From assembly GCA_040398005.1 (NCBI GenBank), contig JBBAUX010000001.1:163490-226868 (forward strand): DNA of 63,379 bases, read 5' to 3'. This stretch comes from Opitutales bacterium. Its GTDB lineage: Bacteria > Verrucomicrobiota > Verrucomicrobiia > Opitutales > UBA953. The position numbers and the translations under genes are program-made. The notes under the pieces were generated by a model. It made no database searches. It saw only the letters and a program-made list of their open reading frames with translations, and was not told the origin of the DNA. Shown piece by piece: positions 48,673 to 58,249 of the stretch; positions within the stretch are counted from its first letter, which is position 1; the number at the start of each line of letters is the position of its first letter.

Positions 48673-49326
48673 ATGCAACGATTCTTCCACGACGAACTCC
48701 GTCAACTCCGTGATGATTTAATTCTTATGGGGGAGCGCTCGATTGATATGACGCGCCTCGTCATGCAAGCATTGGAAACGGGCGACGATAAGTTAGCGCT
48801 CCAAGTGCGTGGTATGGATGATGCGGTTGATGATTTAGAAAAACAGGTCGACCGTGAAATCATGCGCTACCTTACACTTTTTGGTCCGATGGGTAGTGAT
48901 GTACGTTTACTACTCGCTGCTCGTGATATCGGACATGACTTAGAACGCATTGCCGACGAAGCTTCAGTAATCGCTAAACGTATTTTAGTGATTTCCCAAC
49001 GCGGACCATTAAAAGATTTACTGCACGTGCCTGAAGAAGGTCGCATCGCCATTGAAGTTCTCCGTCTGGCCTTAGACGGTTTTGTGGAAGGCGATCTCGC
49101 CAAGGCGAAACTGGTCATCACACGCGACGCTGAAATCGATCAACTGAACCGTAAAAACTACGAAGCGCTTTTCGGTCGTTCGGGCGATACCGTCAAGGTT
49201 TCGGCCTCCAACGTTGAGCTTATCTTCATTTCTAAAGCTTTAGAACGCATCGGTGATCATAGTAAAAATATCTCTGAACAGGTTATTTTTATTCTGTCCG
49301 GCGAAGATATCCGCCACGCGCGCTAA
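48673..49326 (+). CDS. phoU: Phosphate signalling protein PhoU
   Basis: DLERIAD and LERIGDH repeats, ending GEDIRH. Confidence 0.94.
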   Translation: MQRFFHDELRQLRDDLILMGERSIDMTRLVMQALETGDDKLALQVRGMDDAVDDLEKQVDREIMRYLTLFGPMGSDVRLLLAARDIGHDLERIADEASVIAKRILVISQRGPLKDLLHVPEEGRIAIEVLRLALDGFVEGDLAKAKLVITRDAEIDQLNRKNYEALFGRSGDTVKVSASNVELIFISKALERIGDHSKNISEQVIFILSGEDIRHAR

Positions 49327-49369
49327 GGATTGAACTTTACCCAGTCGGTAAATCTGGTTAGCATAAGTT

Positions 49370-49834
49370 ATGATTTTATTGGGTTGTCTCTTCGCTCTCT
49401 TGCGTCTGTTTGCCTTACCGATTTCAATTTTAATTGCTAGTCGTCTTGGTTATATTCAAATCGCGAGCAATTGGGACATAGCGTATTTAACATTCTGGCT
49501 CGGTTTATTTAATATTATTATTCGTCCACTGATTCAGGTTTTCTTACTCTTATTTTCTCTACCTTTTATAATTTCATTGGGACTTTCGAAGACAGTTTTT
49601 GATTTAATCGCGAGGTATGTGGTGCTGTTCTTTGCAAACAGTATTGTTCTTTATCTAAGCTGTAAGGTGCTTGGAATTACCTTAGTTAACTGGTCATTAG
49701 CTACATTGACGATCTCGGTGAGTGCTTACCTCATTTCGCTGAACGCTTCGGCGAGTTTTGTAGCTATGGGACCCAGGGGACCTTCCAATACCGCCTCTAA
49801 GAAGTCTGATGGGTCTGATGTTATCGATATTTAG
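49370..49834 (+). CDS. Membrane protein, phage holin family 4 (YvlD-like)
   Basis: Four TMs with GLFNIIIRP..L..LP; polar tail ending DVIDI. Confidence 0.6.
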   Translation: MILLGCLFALLRLFALPISILIASRLGYIQIASNWDIAYLTFWLGLFNIIIRPLIQVFLLLFSLPFIISLGLSKTVFDLIARYVVLFFANSIVLYLSCKVLGITLVNWSLATLTISVSAYLISLNASASFVAMGPRGPSNTASKKSDGSDVIDI

Positions 49835-49909
49835 GGTGTAGCTCGCTTGGCTTGTTAACTCTTTCTTGCCATCGGGGCTTCTTCCCATTGCTTTCCCGAT
49901 GTCGCTCTT

Positions 49910-51106
49910 ATGTCCAACCTAGCCTCGCTTTCTTCTTGGGCCCGTAATGTCGCCCCTTCGCCAACGCTCGCAGTCGATGCCAAGGCCAAGGCCCTCAAGG
50001 CCGCCGGTAAAGACGTGGTCGGCTTCGGTGTCGGTGAGCCTGACTTCGATACGCCCCAATTCATTAAAGACGCCTGCGCTAAGGCGCTCGCTGAAGGCCA
50101 AACTAAGTACGCACCGACTCCTGGTATTCCCGCCTTACGTAAAGCGATTGCGGAAGACTATACCCGTCGTGGCTTTACCGGAATCGCCGATGCCAACGTC
50201 GTCGTCAGCCCAGGTGGTAAGATGTCCTGCTACCTCGCGATTCTCGCCACCATTAGCCCAGGCGACGAAGTGGTTATCCCCGCACCTTTCTGGGTGAGCT
50301 ATCCTGAGATGGTCAAACTCGCGGGTGGCGTTCCTATATTTATCAACGCTGAAGACGTCACCGGATTTAAAGTTACGCCTTCACAACTTTCCGCTGCGAT
50401 TACCCCGAAGACTCGCATGGTGGTTCTTAACAGCCCCTCCAATCCAACCGGCGCAGTTTACTCTCGTGGAGAATTAGAAGCGCTCGTTGCGATTTGTGTT
50501 AAGGCCAATGTCTGGATCATGTCCGACGAAATTTACGAAAACCTCGTCTACGATAATCAAACCACTTGTAGCCCAGCAACCTTTTCACCCGAAGCGGCTC
50601 GTCTCACGATTACCGTTTCTGGTTATGCTAAGAGTTATTCGATGACCGGTTGGCGCTTAGGTACTTTAGTAGCGAGTGATAAAGCCCTCGCCGCTGCGGT
50701 GGCTGATTTACAAAGCCAAATTTCTTCTAACGCGACGACCTTCGCTCAGTTTGGTGCGTTGGCGGTTCATCAACATCCCGACAAAGCCAAAGCCTCGCTC
50801 GCCGAAATGTGCAAAGCCTTTGACCGTCGTCGCCTCAACTTGCTCGCCGGATTAAACGCTATCCCAGGTTTAACCTGCTACCGCTCCCAAGGCGCATTCT
50901 ATCTTTTCCCAAATATTAAGTCGTTTGGTCTCACCTCAGTTCAATTCTCAGATCGCTTACTCGAAGAAGAACTCATGGCTGTTGTCCCCGGCTCCGCATT
51001 TGGTTCCGAAGGTTACATCCGTATGAGTTATGCAACTTCGGATGAGACGATTGCAAAGGGCTTAGAGCGACTCGCAAGATTCTGCGGTAAGCTGAAACAA
51101 GTATAG
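49910..51106 (+). CDS. aspC: Aspartate aminotransferase (class I/II PLP enzyme)
   Basis: [53 protein letters not shown]. Confidence 0.9.
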   Translation: MSNLASLSSWARNVAPSPTLAVDAKAKALKAAGKDVVGFGVGEPDFDTPQFIKDACAKALAEGQTKYAPTPGIPALRKAIAEDYTRRGFTGIADANVVVSPGGKMSCYLAILATISPGDEVVIPAPFWVSYPEMVKLAGGVPIFINAEDVTGFKVTPSQLSAAITPKTRMVVLNSPSNPTGAVYSRGELEALVAICVKANVWIMSDEIYENLVYDNQTTCSPATFSPEAARLTITVSGYAKSYSMTGWRLGTLVASDKALAAAVADLQSQISSNATTFAQFGALAVHQHPDKAKASLAEMCKAFDRRRLNLLAGLNAIPGLTCYRSQGAFYLFPNIKSFGLTSVQFSDRLLEEELMAVVPGSAFGSEGYIRMSYATSDETIAKGLERLARFCGKLKQV

Positions 51107-51181
51107 TGGGCACGTTGGCAAGGTGACACGGAGCACGTGCGTTGCACGTGAGGGGACACGGGGACAAGGTGACAGGGGGAC
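51104..51181 (+). repeat. Left arm: degenerate 8-mer array (KGRCANGK) interrupted by a palindrome
   Basis: TAGT GGGCACGT TGGCAAGG TGACACGG ag CACGTGC-GTT-GCACGTG AGG GGACACGG GGACAAGG TGACAGGG GGAC. Confidence 0.9.
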
Positions 51182-51187
51182 GTTAGA

Positions 51188-51601
51188 CTATTCATCTGTG
51201 CGATCACGATAGCTCTGCGCTCGTGCTTTACGCATATTAATCGTGCCTCCAAGTAGTCGGGCAGCTTCATCTATCTGCTTTGATAAGTTAATTACTGCTG
51301 TTGGTGAAATTAAACCAATTTCTTTGGCTATACTAAGTTGCGTCTCAAGTTCTGCTAATGAACCCCGGGCAATTTGCAGAAATCTTAACGAGTCTTTATT
51401 TGAACCTCGTTCATCACCTTCAGCTATATTAGACGGAATCGAAACTGCAGACCGAATAATTTGGTCCGCTAAACTACGATGACGATAAAATGGCGGCGTC
51501 AGTGAAAGTTTATAAACTTCTACAGCTAGTGATTTGGCTTTTTGCCAGGCAACAAGATTACGATAGGATTTAACTACACCATAAGGTTTAGAAGTATTCA
51601 T
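51188..51601 (-). CDS. Four helix bundle protein (23S rRNA-IVP / TIGR02436, Avd-like fold)
   Basis: SYRNLVAWQKA, LADQIIRSAVSIPSNIAEG, RFLQIARGSLAELETQL; visibly AT-richer than its neighbours. Confidence 0.93.
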   Translation of the reverse strand: MNTSKPYGVVKSYRNLVAWQKAKSLAVEVYKLSLTPPFYRHRSLADQIIRSAVSIPSNIAEGDERGSNKDSLRFLQIARGSLAELETQLSIAKEIGLISPTAVINLSKQIDEAARLLGGTINMRKARAQSYRDRTDE

Positions 51602-51679
51602 CGAAATTGACGATATACTTCGAAGCCATTACGTCATCCCCTTCGTTGATCAATTATACCTTAGTGATTTAGCATCAAT

Positions 51680-51720
51680 TCCCCTTGTCACCATGTCACC
51701 ATGTCACCGTGTCCCCTAGA
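51680..51720 (-). repeat. Right arm: inverted 8-mer array
   Basis: Minus strand TCTAGG GGACACGG TGACATGG TGACATGG TGACAAGG GGA. 51687-51717 is complementary to 51151-51181 at 27/31 positions. Confidence 0.9.
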
Positions 51721-51725
51721 TGGGG

Positions 51726-52334
51726 TTACGCTGGCTCTACCAAAATACACTCCATTCCGGCTGCATCAGCGGCTTCTTTACCTCTGGGGCTGTCTTCAAC
51801 GACAACGCAGTCCGACGGATCAATTCCAATGCGTGCCGCGGCGGCTAAAAATAAATCGGGGTGTGGCTTTAAACGCGTCGCATCTTCGGCCGTAATAATC
51901 GCATCGAAGAGATGCATGATGTCGATGGCCGTGAGCGAGGTATGGACGTGACTCTTGCGTCCGGCTGACGCAATCGCGGTACGGTGTCCAAGACTTTTTA
52001 CGTGATGAACGACGGCAACGACTGCTTTTCTGGGTCGAACGTCTTTTGCTAAATGGATTTCGAGATAGTCGTGTCCGTCGGCTAATAATAACGGTACATC
52101 TAAATCGACGTTATAAAGTTTTTTAAGATTCTTACAGGTATCATGGGCCGACATTCCGCCCATCGAACAAAATAAATCCCAAGGAAAATCAAACGGCTTT
52201 CCGAGTTGTTTGCTGATAATGTGCGTCCAGGTACGATGATGAATACGCATGGTTTCAGCCACGGTTCCATCGCAATCAAAAATCCAACCTCTCTTTTTTA
52301 ACAGAACAGGATCGAATGAAATCATTTCTGACAT
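51726..52334 (-). CDS. HAD family sugar-phosphatase (YqaB/beta-PGM-like)
   Basis: IFDCDGT, KPHPDLFL, VEDSPRG. Start ATG 52334 lies immediately after the ffh stop. Confidence 0.87.
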   Translation of the reverse strand: MSEMISFDPVLLKKRGWIFDCDGTVAETMRIHHRTWTHIISKQLGKPFDFPWDLFCSMGGMSAHDTCKNLKKLYNVDLDVPLLLADGHDYLEIHLAKDVRPRKAVVAVVHHVKSLGHRTAIASAGRKSHVHTSLTAIDIMHLFDAIITAEDATRLKPHPDLFLAAAARIGIDPSDCVVVEDSPRGKEAADAAGMECILVEPA

Positions 52335-52335
52335 T

Positions 52336-53697
52336 TTATCGGAAGCCTCCGCCGGGGAAGCCGCCACGACCGCCGCCCATTTGGCCCATTTTACGCATCA
52401 ACTCATGACCACGACCACCTTTCATCATTTTCATCATCTCACGCATTTGTGTAAATTGTTTAATCATCGCATTCACATCGCTGACCTGAGTGCCAGAACC
52501 CTTGGCAATGCGGGCCCGACGGGAGGCATTAAGAATGTCGGGCTTGCGACGTTCCTTCACGGTCATCGACAAAATAATCGCTTCGGTTTTACCGAGCATT
52601 TTTTCTTCGCGGGCACCGACTTGTACATTCCCCATGCCAGGCATCATTTTCATGATGTCGCCGAGCGGCCCCATTTTCTTCATCTGACCCATCTGCGCTA
52701 AGAAATCTTCTAAATCGAAGTCCGACTTCTTTAATTTCTCTACCATTCTTGCCGCTTCTTTTTGATCCACCACTTCTTGAGCTTTTTCAACGAGTGATAC
52801 CACGTCACCCATACCTAAAATACGTTGAGCGAGGCGATCAGGATGGAAGGTGTCAAAGTCTGCAGATTTTTCTCCGGTTCCAATATAGCGAATGGGCACG
52901 CCGGTCACGGACTTCATAGATAACGCAGCACCGCCGCGTGCATCGCCATCTAACTTGGTTAAAATAATTCCCGTGAGTGGGGTAGAGGTGTTAAATTGTA
53001 CAGCGACATCCACGGCTTGTTGTCCGAGTGCAGCGTCCGCGACTAGAAAGATTTCTTGAGGCTGAATCAGATCACGAATGCGACTGATTTCTGACATTAA
53101 ATCGGCGTCGATTTGTAAGCGTCCAGCGGTATCGACAATCACAATATCCGAGCCCGACGCTTCGGCATCTTTGGTTAATTGTGCCACCATAGCCGGAACA
53201 TCTTTCGCTAAACGATCCGAACGGAAATCAATCCCTTCGTTCTTCGCTAAAGTCTCGAGTTGGTCGATTGCTGCGGGACGACGTAAATCGGCCGCAATTA
53301 AACTAGGTTTTCTGACGCCTTCTTTTTTGATGAGATGTCGGGCTAACTTAGCAGCGCTCGTCGTTTTGCCTGAGCCTTGCAGTCCAACGAGTAAAATTCT
53401 TAAAGGGCGTTGAGGGTTGAGAGTTTTTTCACCTTCGCCGAGTAAGCGAGTGAGTTCGTCGGAGACGACCTTGACGGCCATCTGTCCAGGTGAGACGGCT
53501 TCAACGACTTCTTTTCCGAGACAGGCTACTTTGACTCGTTCGGTAAAATCTTGAGCGACTTTGAAATTAACATCCGCGCTGAGCAGGGCAGAATTAACTT
53601 CATTCAGAGCCGGCACGATGTTCTCAGCCGTAAGTTTGGAAAGCCCACGCAAGTCGCGCAGAGCTTTGGTCAGTTTATCGGTTAAGTTATTAAACAC
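52336..53697 (-). CDS. ffh: Signal recognition particle protein Ffh
   Basis: GTG start (VFNNLTDKL), GLQGSGKTT, DTAGR, TKLDGDARGGAALS, RILGMGD, Met-rich M domain. Confidence 0.96.
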   Translation of the reverse strand: MFNNLTDKLTKALRDLRGLSKLTAENIVPALNEVNSALLSADVNFKVAQDFTERVKVACLGKEVVEAVSPGQMAVKVVSDELTRLLGEGEKTLNPQRPLRILLVGLQGSGKTTSAAKLARHLIKKEGVRKPSLIAADLRRPAAIDQLETLAKNEGIDFRSDRLAKDVPAMVAQLTKDAEASGSDIVIVDTAGRLQIDADLMSEISRIRDLIQPQEIFLVADAALGQQAVDVAVQFNTSTPLTGIILTKLDGDARGGAALSMKSVTGVPIRYIGTGEKSADFDTFHPDRLAQRILGMGDVVSLVEKAQEVVDQKEAARMVEKLKKSDFDLEDFLAQMGQMKKMGPLGDIMKMMPGMGNVQVGAREEKMLGKTEAIILSMTVKERRKPDILNASRRARIAKGSGTQVSDVNAMIKQFTQMREMMKMMKGGRGHELMRKMGQMGGGRGGFPGGGFR

Positions 53698-53823
53698 GGA
53701 TGACTCAAAGAAAACAGGGTTGGTGTTTAGATGCAAGTAAGGAGGCGGTGTTTAATGGTTTTTTGTGCTAAAGTCGTGAGAATGTCTCTTGCACTCTGAG
53801 TTAAGTCTTACACTTTTCGGGGC

Positions 53824-54615
53824 ATGGAAATTATCGTCATGGGCTGTGGTACGTCACAAGGGGTTCCCTTGGTGGCCCATGATAATCCTGGTTTAGATCT
53901 CTCTAATTCCAAAAACTGGCGCACTCGTACCAGCGTCCACGTCATCATCGAAGGCCACCATGTACAGGTCGACGCCGCTCCGGAATTCCGTCTGCAGTGT
54001 CTCGTGAATCGGATTAACGACGTCGATTCCTTCATCCTCACCCACGGTCACGCCGACCACGTCCTCGGTATGGATGACCTCCGCCAGTTTTGTAACAACA
54101 GCGGTAAGGCGATGCCCGTTTACACGACGGCGCAGGGCAAGCTTCGCATCGAAGCAATCTATCCCTATGCCATCGGCGCCATGGCTTCACCTGGATACAT
54201 TGAATTAGACGTCAGCCTTTTCCCTAAGGAATTAAAACTCCCTGGCGGTGGTATTGTGACCTCAACAGTCCTTCCTCACGGCAGCGAGTCTACTCTTGGT
54301 CTCATCTTCTTCGAGCCATCCACTGGGAAGAAGTTCGTCTATTACACCGACTGCAAAACGCTCACGCGTGAAGCGATTGCTTTAGCTCAAGACTGTGACG
54401 TCGCCATCCTCGATGGCTTAAGACCTAATTTTCACCCGACACATATGACGATAGGCAAGGCCTGCGAAATGTCGGTCGAGATCAAAGCTAAGCAGGCTTA
54501 TATTACTCATATGACTTACCAGACTGATTATGGTAAGTGGCCCGAGTCCGAACTAGCCTTAGCGTATCCCAAAGTGGGGCTATGCTACGACGGTCAGCGA
54601 ATCATCCTAAAGTAA
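53824..54615 (+). CDS. MBL-fold metallo-hydrolase (PhnP/YycJ-like)
   Basis: MGCGTSQGVP, THGHADHVLGMDDLR, YYTD, HPTH, THM. Confidence 0.88.
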   Translation: MEIIVMGCGTSQGVPLVAHDNPGLDLSNSKNWRTRTSVHVIIEGHHVQVDAAPEFRLQCLVNRINDVDSFILTHGHADHVLGMDDLRQFCNNSGKAMPVYTTAQGKLRIEAIYPYAIGAMASPGYIELDVSLFPKELKLPGGGIVTSTVLPHGSESTLGLIFFEPSTGKKFVYYTDCKTLTREAIALAQDCDVAILDGLRPNFHPTHMTIGKACEMSVEIKAKQAYITHMTYQTDYGKWPESELALAYPKVGLCYDGQRIILK

Positions 54616-56268
54616 TTAGAGCCCTTGAATAATCGTGCCTTCGGGACGCTCGATAGCGAAACGGAAGGGTACATCTTTCTTCTCGTTAGCTTTTAAATTA
54701 AAACGCCACTCGAGGGATTTGCCGTCCGACATCTTAAGATTCTCTGAATCTTTTTCGTACTTGGGCTCTTCGAGAACGACTTTGATGTCTTCGTGGTCGG
54801 AAAACGGAATCTGATCCCAGACGACGAGTTCGATAGCTGTAGGTTTTGAATTTTTTATTTTAAAGACGTAATCATAAACTGTACGGACGGTTTTCTTTCC
54901 GAAAATACCGCTCGTTTCTTCGCGACGACCGAATTCTCTCCGCTCAACTTTCACCGAAGCATCAACACCGAGGTAGGTCCAGAACTCTTGACCGGCTGGA
55001 ACTAAATCAAGCGAAGCATTAGCTACAAAAGCGCCATCCAAGAAAATCGAGGTTTGTCCAGCGAGCAGGGTGAAGTCGGATTTATTCTTAGCCTTAGCTT
55101 TGAGATAAACGTGCGGTGATAACTTGGGTACGCTGCTGTAACGATAAACGGTCGGGAAGTTTTGCTTCGTGATATTAACCTTAGCGACTTTGTTGTCGGA
55201 TAAAACATCCGCTGTACGATCGATGATAAATGTCTCAGCGGTCGCACCGGTTACGACGGTGGCACCGGCAACGGACATCTCACTTGCAACGTCTTTACCG
55301 CTTTCAAAGGCAGCCACATAAGCATTCATCATTTGGTCCTGTCTGCGGGCCAATCCTTTGGCTATGGGGGCCGATGCACCCAGCGCGACAATAGGTTGTT
55401 GTTTGTTGATGAACCAAGGTGTGAGATGGGGTTCGCGACCGCCGATGCCGGGTTGTGCTGTCGAAAGTTTTAAGGCTACACCTTTCCAGTCTTCACCGGT
55501 GGACTGACGTACCTCTGCATTATAAGTGAGTTCTAAATTACCTTGAATAGTATTGGCACGAACATCGTAGGAAGGTCTCCAACTGGGTCCGTGAACAATG
55601 TACGAGACGTCTAGTTGAATCACGCCTGATTTCTTAACATCGATTTTAATCTTCGCAGTATTCCGATATTTAACCCTTTGAACATTCATATTTTGAATCT
55701 CACGGACGATACGATTGATTTCTTTCTGCACACCGAGCGTGGTTTGAGCATTCGCAAAAATTTCTTTATCACATTTTTCCAGTGATTCATTGTGGAATTG
55801 AAGATAACTCGACCACTTGGCTGTATCCATTTCCGCCGGTGCGGTTGCGGTGGCTGCGGTCGTCGTTAAACGCGTGAGAATTTTCTCCAATGCCGCTTTG
55901 CGATTGTTGATCCGCGCATCGCTCATGTTCAATTCCTTCAGTTGTTTTGATAATTCTTCTTTTTTGTCTTCCAGTTCTTTTAAGCGAGTATCCGCCGTAT
56001 CGGTCGTTTGAATGGTCTCGGCTTTGATATCGATCAACGCAAAGTCACCTTTTCCTTGAACGCGCACCGAACTTAAATCGGCGGATCCTGGTAGATTATC
56101 GAAATTTAAAACATGTTCGCCGGCCTCGAGCTTACCTTCGAGGTGTTTAACCACCTCAGCACGGTCGCTATAAACGGTCACCTCACTGATTTTCGCTGTG
56201 TCGGTGGAAAGCGTTTGAGCACACAGACGAACCAAGAAGAGAGCCAGTACAGCAGGTGAATAGCGCAT
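54616..56268 (-). CDS. DUF4140/DUF4139 protein (mucoidy inhibitor MuiA family)
   Basis: Signal peptide, ISEVTVYSDRAEV, coiled coil, SWRPSYD, QSTGEDW..LSTAQP. Confidence 0.85.
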   Translation of the reverse strand: MRYSPAVLALFLVRLCAQTLSTDTAKISEVTVYSDRAEVVKHLEGKLEAGEHVLNFDNLPGSADLSSVRVQGKGDFALIDIKAETIQTTDTADTRLKELEDKKEELSKQLKELNMSDARINNRKAALEKILTRLTTTAATATAPAEMDTAKWSSYLQFHNESLEKCDKEIFANAQTTLGVQKEINRIVREIQNMNVQRVKYRNTAKIKIDVKKSGVIQLDVSYIVHGPSWRPSYDVRANTIQGNLELTYNAEVRQSTGEDWKGVALKLSTAQPGIGGREPHLTPWFINKQQPIVALGASAPIAKGLARRQDQMMNAYVAAFESGKDVASEMSVAGATVVTGATAETFIIDRTADVLSDNKVAKVNITKQNFPTVYRYSSVPKLSPHVYLKAKAKNKSDFTLLAGQTSIFLDGAFVANASLDLVPAGQEFWTYLGVDASVKVERREFGRREETSGIFGKKTVRTVYDYVFKIKNSKPTAIELVVWDQIPFSDHEDIKVVLEEPKYEKDSENLKMSDGKSLEWRFNLKANEKKDVPFRFAIERPEGTIIQGL

Positions 56269-56328
56269 AGGGGAATGTTTGCTATGTAAGCGACACCCAG
56301 ACCTTTGTCTGTCTAAAAATTCAGACTT

Positions 56329-58131
56329 TTAAGCTTTTGGCTTAGGTTCTTCGTCCACTATCTTGATACGTAATTCGCGGAGCTGCTTAGCCGTCACTGG
56401 GCTTGGGCTTTGCGCCATTAAGTCCTGGCCGCTCTGAGTCTTCGGGAAGGCTAAAATATCACGAATCGAACTGCGTCCAGCCAACATGGCCACCACACGG
56501 TCGAATCCGAGGGCAATCCCACCGTGAGGAGGGGCACCATAGGAAAACGCCTTGAGCATGTAGCCGAAGCGACTTTCAACGACGTCTTGAGGAATCTTAA
56601 GAATATCCTCAAAGATTTTTTTCTGAATCGCTGGGTTATGAATACGAATGGATCCACCGCCGAGCTCGACGCCGTTAAGCACGATGTCGTAGTGCTGACC
56701 GCGAACCTTGGAAGGCTCAGTCTCTAAAAGTTTTTCATCTTCAACCACGGGCGCAGTGAACGGGTGGTGCGCCGAGATGTAACGTTTTTCTTCCGCATCC
56801 CAAAGCATCAGAGGGAATTCAATCACCCAAAGGAAATTATATTGATTGGTCGGTAAACTCATTCTGCCGCGAGCTTTCAATAAGGCAGCGGACTCAAGTC
56901 GGATACGTCCGAGAATCGTCGAGGCTTGTTCCCAAGGCGCAGCAGCGAAGAAGACGATATCTCCGTCCTCAATATTAAGTTCTTTTTTGAGTGCGGCTTT
57001 TTCTTCGTCGGAGAAGAATTTGGTGATCGGAGATTTCCATTCACCGGCTTCACACTTAATGAACGCGAGACCTTTAGCACCTTGGCTCTTCGCGATGGTT
57101 TCGAAATTCGTGAGTTCGCCTTGGGTGATATCTGCTAAACCTTTAGCATTGATGGCACGCACCACCGAACCTTCGGTGTTGGCGACAGTTTGGAAAACTT
57201 TGAAAGCAGAATTTTTGAAGAGAGGGGTTAGGTCCTGAATCTCCATCGCGAAGCGTGTATCAGGTTTATCAATACCATAACGATTCATCGCCTCGGCATA
57301 CATCATGCGAGGGAAGGGGGTTGGGATATCGACGCCAATGGTTTCTTTCCAAGTGCGTTTAAGAATGCCTTCAATCAGCGCGTACATGTCTTCGCGGTCG
57401 ATAAACGACATTTCTAAGTCGACTTGAGTGAACTCAGGTTGGCGATCGGCACGTAAATCTTCATCGCGATAGCAACGAGCCATCTGGTAGTAACGTTCCA
57501 CACCCGCAACCATCAGCATTTGCTTATATTGCTGAGGGGATTGTGAAAGGGCGTAGAACTCGCCAGGGTTGAGTCGGCTAGGTACTAAGAATTCACGGGC
57601 ACCTTCCGGAGTGCTTTTAAAGAGTGTAGGCGTTTCGACCTCGATAAATCCTTGGTCGTCGAGTTGTGCACGAATCGCTTTCGAAGCGGTGTGACGGAGT
57701 TTAAGGAGTCCGAAATTACGCGGACGGCGTAAATCGAGGTAACGATATTCTAAACGTAAGTCTTCATTCACTTTATCTGCCTTGTCGTCATCCATCGGGA
57801 AGGGCAGTTCGGCGCAATGATTGTGCACGAGGATAGATTCTGCAGAAACTTCGACACCGCCAGTTGCCAATTTATTATTCACGGTGTCATCGGTACGTAT
57901 TTTTACTTTACCGACGATTTCGATGACGGATTCCGCTTTAAGTTTTTGGGCGATTTCTTGAATGCCGTTAGTTCCGGGATTAAAGACTACTTGAGTCACG
58001 CCTTCACGGTCGCGCAGATCGACGAAGGTCACGCCTCCGAGGTCGCGCTTGGTGTCTACCCAACCCACCAGGGTGACGGTTTTACCAGCGTCGGAAGGAC
58101 GGAGGGCATTGCAATGTTGTGTGCGTTTCAT
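56329..58131 (-). CDS. aspS: Aspartate--tRNA ligase
   Basis: DLGGVTFVDLRD, STPEGAREFLVP, QSPQQYKQ, RDEDLRADRQPEFTQ, GAPPHGGIALG. Confidence 0.97.
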   Translation of the reverse strand: MKRTQHCNALRPSDAGKTVTLVGWVDTKRDLGGVTFVDLRDREGVTQVVFNPGTNGIQEIAQKLKAESVIEIVGKVKIRTDDTVNNKLATGGVEVSAESILVHNHCAELPFPMDDDKADKVNEDLRLEYRYLDLRRPRNFGLLKLRHTASKAIRAQLDDQGFIEVETPTLFKSTPEGAREFLVPSRLNPGEFYALSQSPQQYKQMLMVAGVERYYQMARCYRDEDLRADRQPEFTQVDLEMSFIDREDMYALIEGILKRTWKETIGVDIPTPFPRMMYAEAMNRYGIDKPDTRFAMEIQDLTPLFKNSAFKVFQTVANTEGSVVRAINAKGLADITQGELTNFETIAKSQGAKGLAFIKCEAGEWKSPITKFFSDEEKAALKKELNIEDGDIVFFAAAPWEQASTILGRIRLESAALLKARGRMSLPTNQYNFLWVIEFPLMLWDAEEKRYISAHHPFTAPVVEDEKLLETEPSKVRGQHYDIVLNGVELGGGSIRIHNPAIQKKIFEDILKIPQDVVESRFGYMLKAFSYGAPPHGGIALGFDRVVAMLAGRSSIRDILAFPKTQSGQDLMAQSPSPVTAKQLRELRIKIVDEEPKPKA

Positions 58132-58214
58132 GGCGGTACGGGTCGGTCTTTATCGAACGGTATGCTTAATGCCCTTAGCGTACCTTGGTCAAAGCCCAAA
58201 ACACCGATAACCCC

Positions 58215-58244
58215 AAAAAAAAGCCCAGTTTTTACTGGGCTTTT
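58215..58244 (-). terminator. Rho-independent terminator
   Basis: AAAAAAAA-GCCCAGT-TTTT-ACTGGGC-TTTT downstream of the permease and small protein. Confidence 0.85.
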
Positions 58245-58249
58245 AGAGT

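Larger units (their letters stand above)
51104..51720. mobile_element. Putative repeat-bounded four-helix-bundle cassette
   Basis: Single gene between inverted repeat arms, inserted between convergent housekeeping genes; the arms recur without the ORF at 63267-63379. Mobility is inferred. Confidence 0.5.

Noticed and set aside
49370..49834. Prophage remnant (holin-family gene, with the dimeric dUTPase at 16334)
   Set aside because: No integrase, capsid, terminase or lysin genes are present; this holin-4 family is a common chromosomal membrane protein.
51188..51601. 23S rRNA intervening sequence
   Set aside because: No rRNA sequence flanks the gene; the family name is historical.
51653..51658. 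TATAAT (minus strand) as the promoter of the four-helix-bundle gene
   Set aside because: A perfect -10, but no -35 at 16-18 nt (TTGATG is only 14 nt away). It is plausible but not supportable in AT-rich DNA.
51104..51720. CRISPR array or diversity-generating retroelement
   Set aside because: The repeats are contiguous 8-mers with no unique spacers and no cas genes. The protein is Avd-like in fold, but no reverse transcriptase or TR/VR pair differing at adenines was found in the window.
50973..51951. Listed short ORFs beginning MSPCPL/MSPCHH/MKLPDY
   Set aside because: They arise from reading through the 8-mer repeats or from antisense/alternative frames of real genes.
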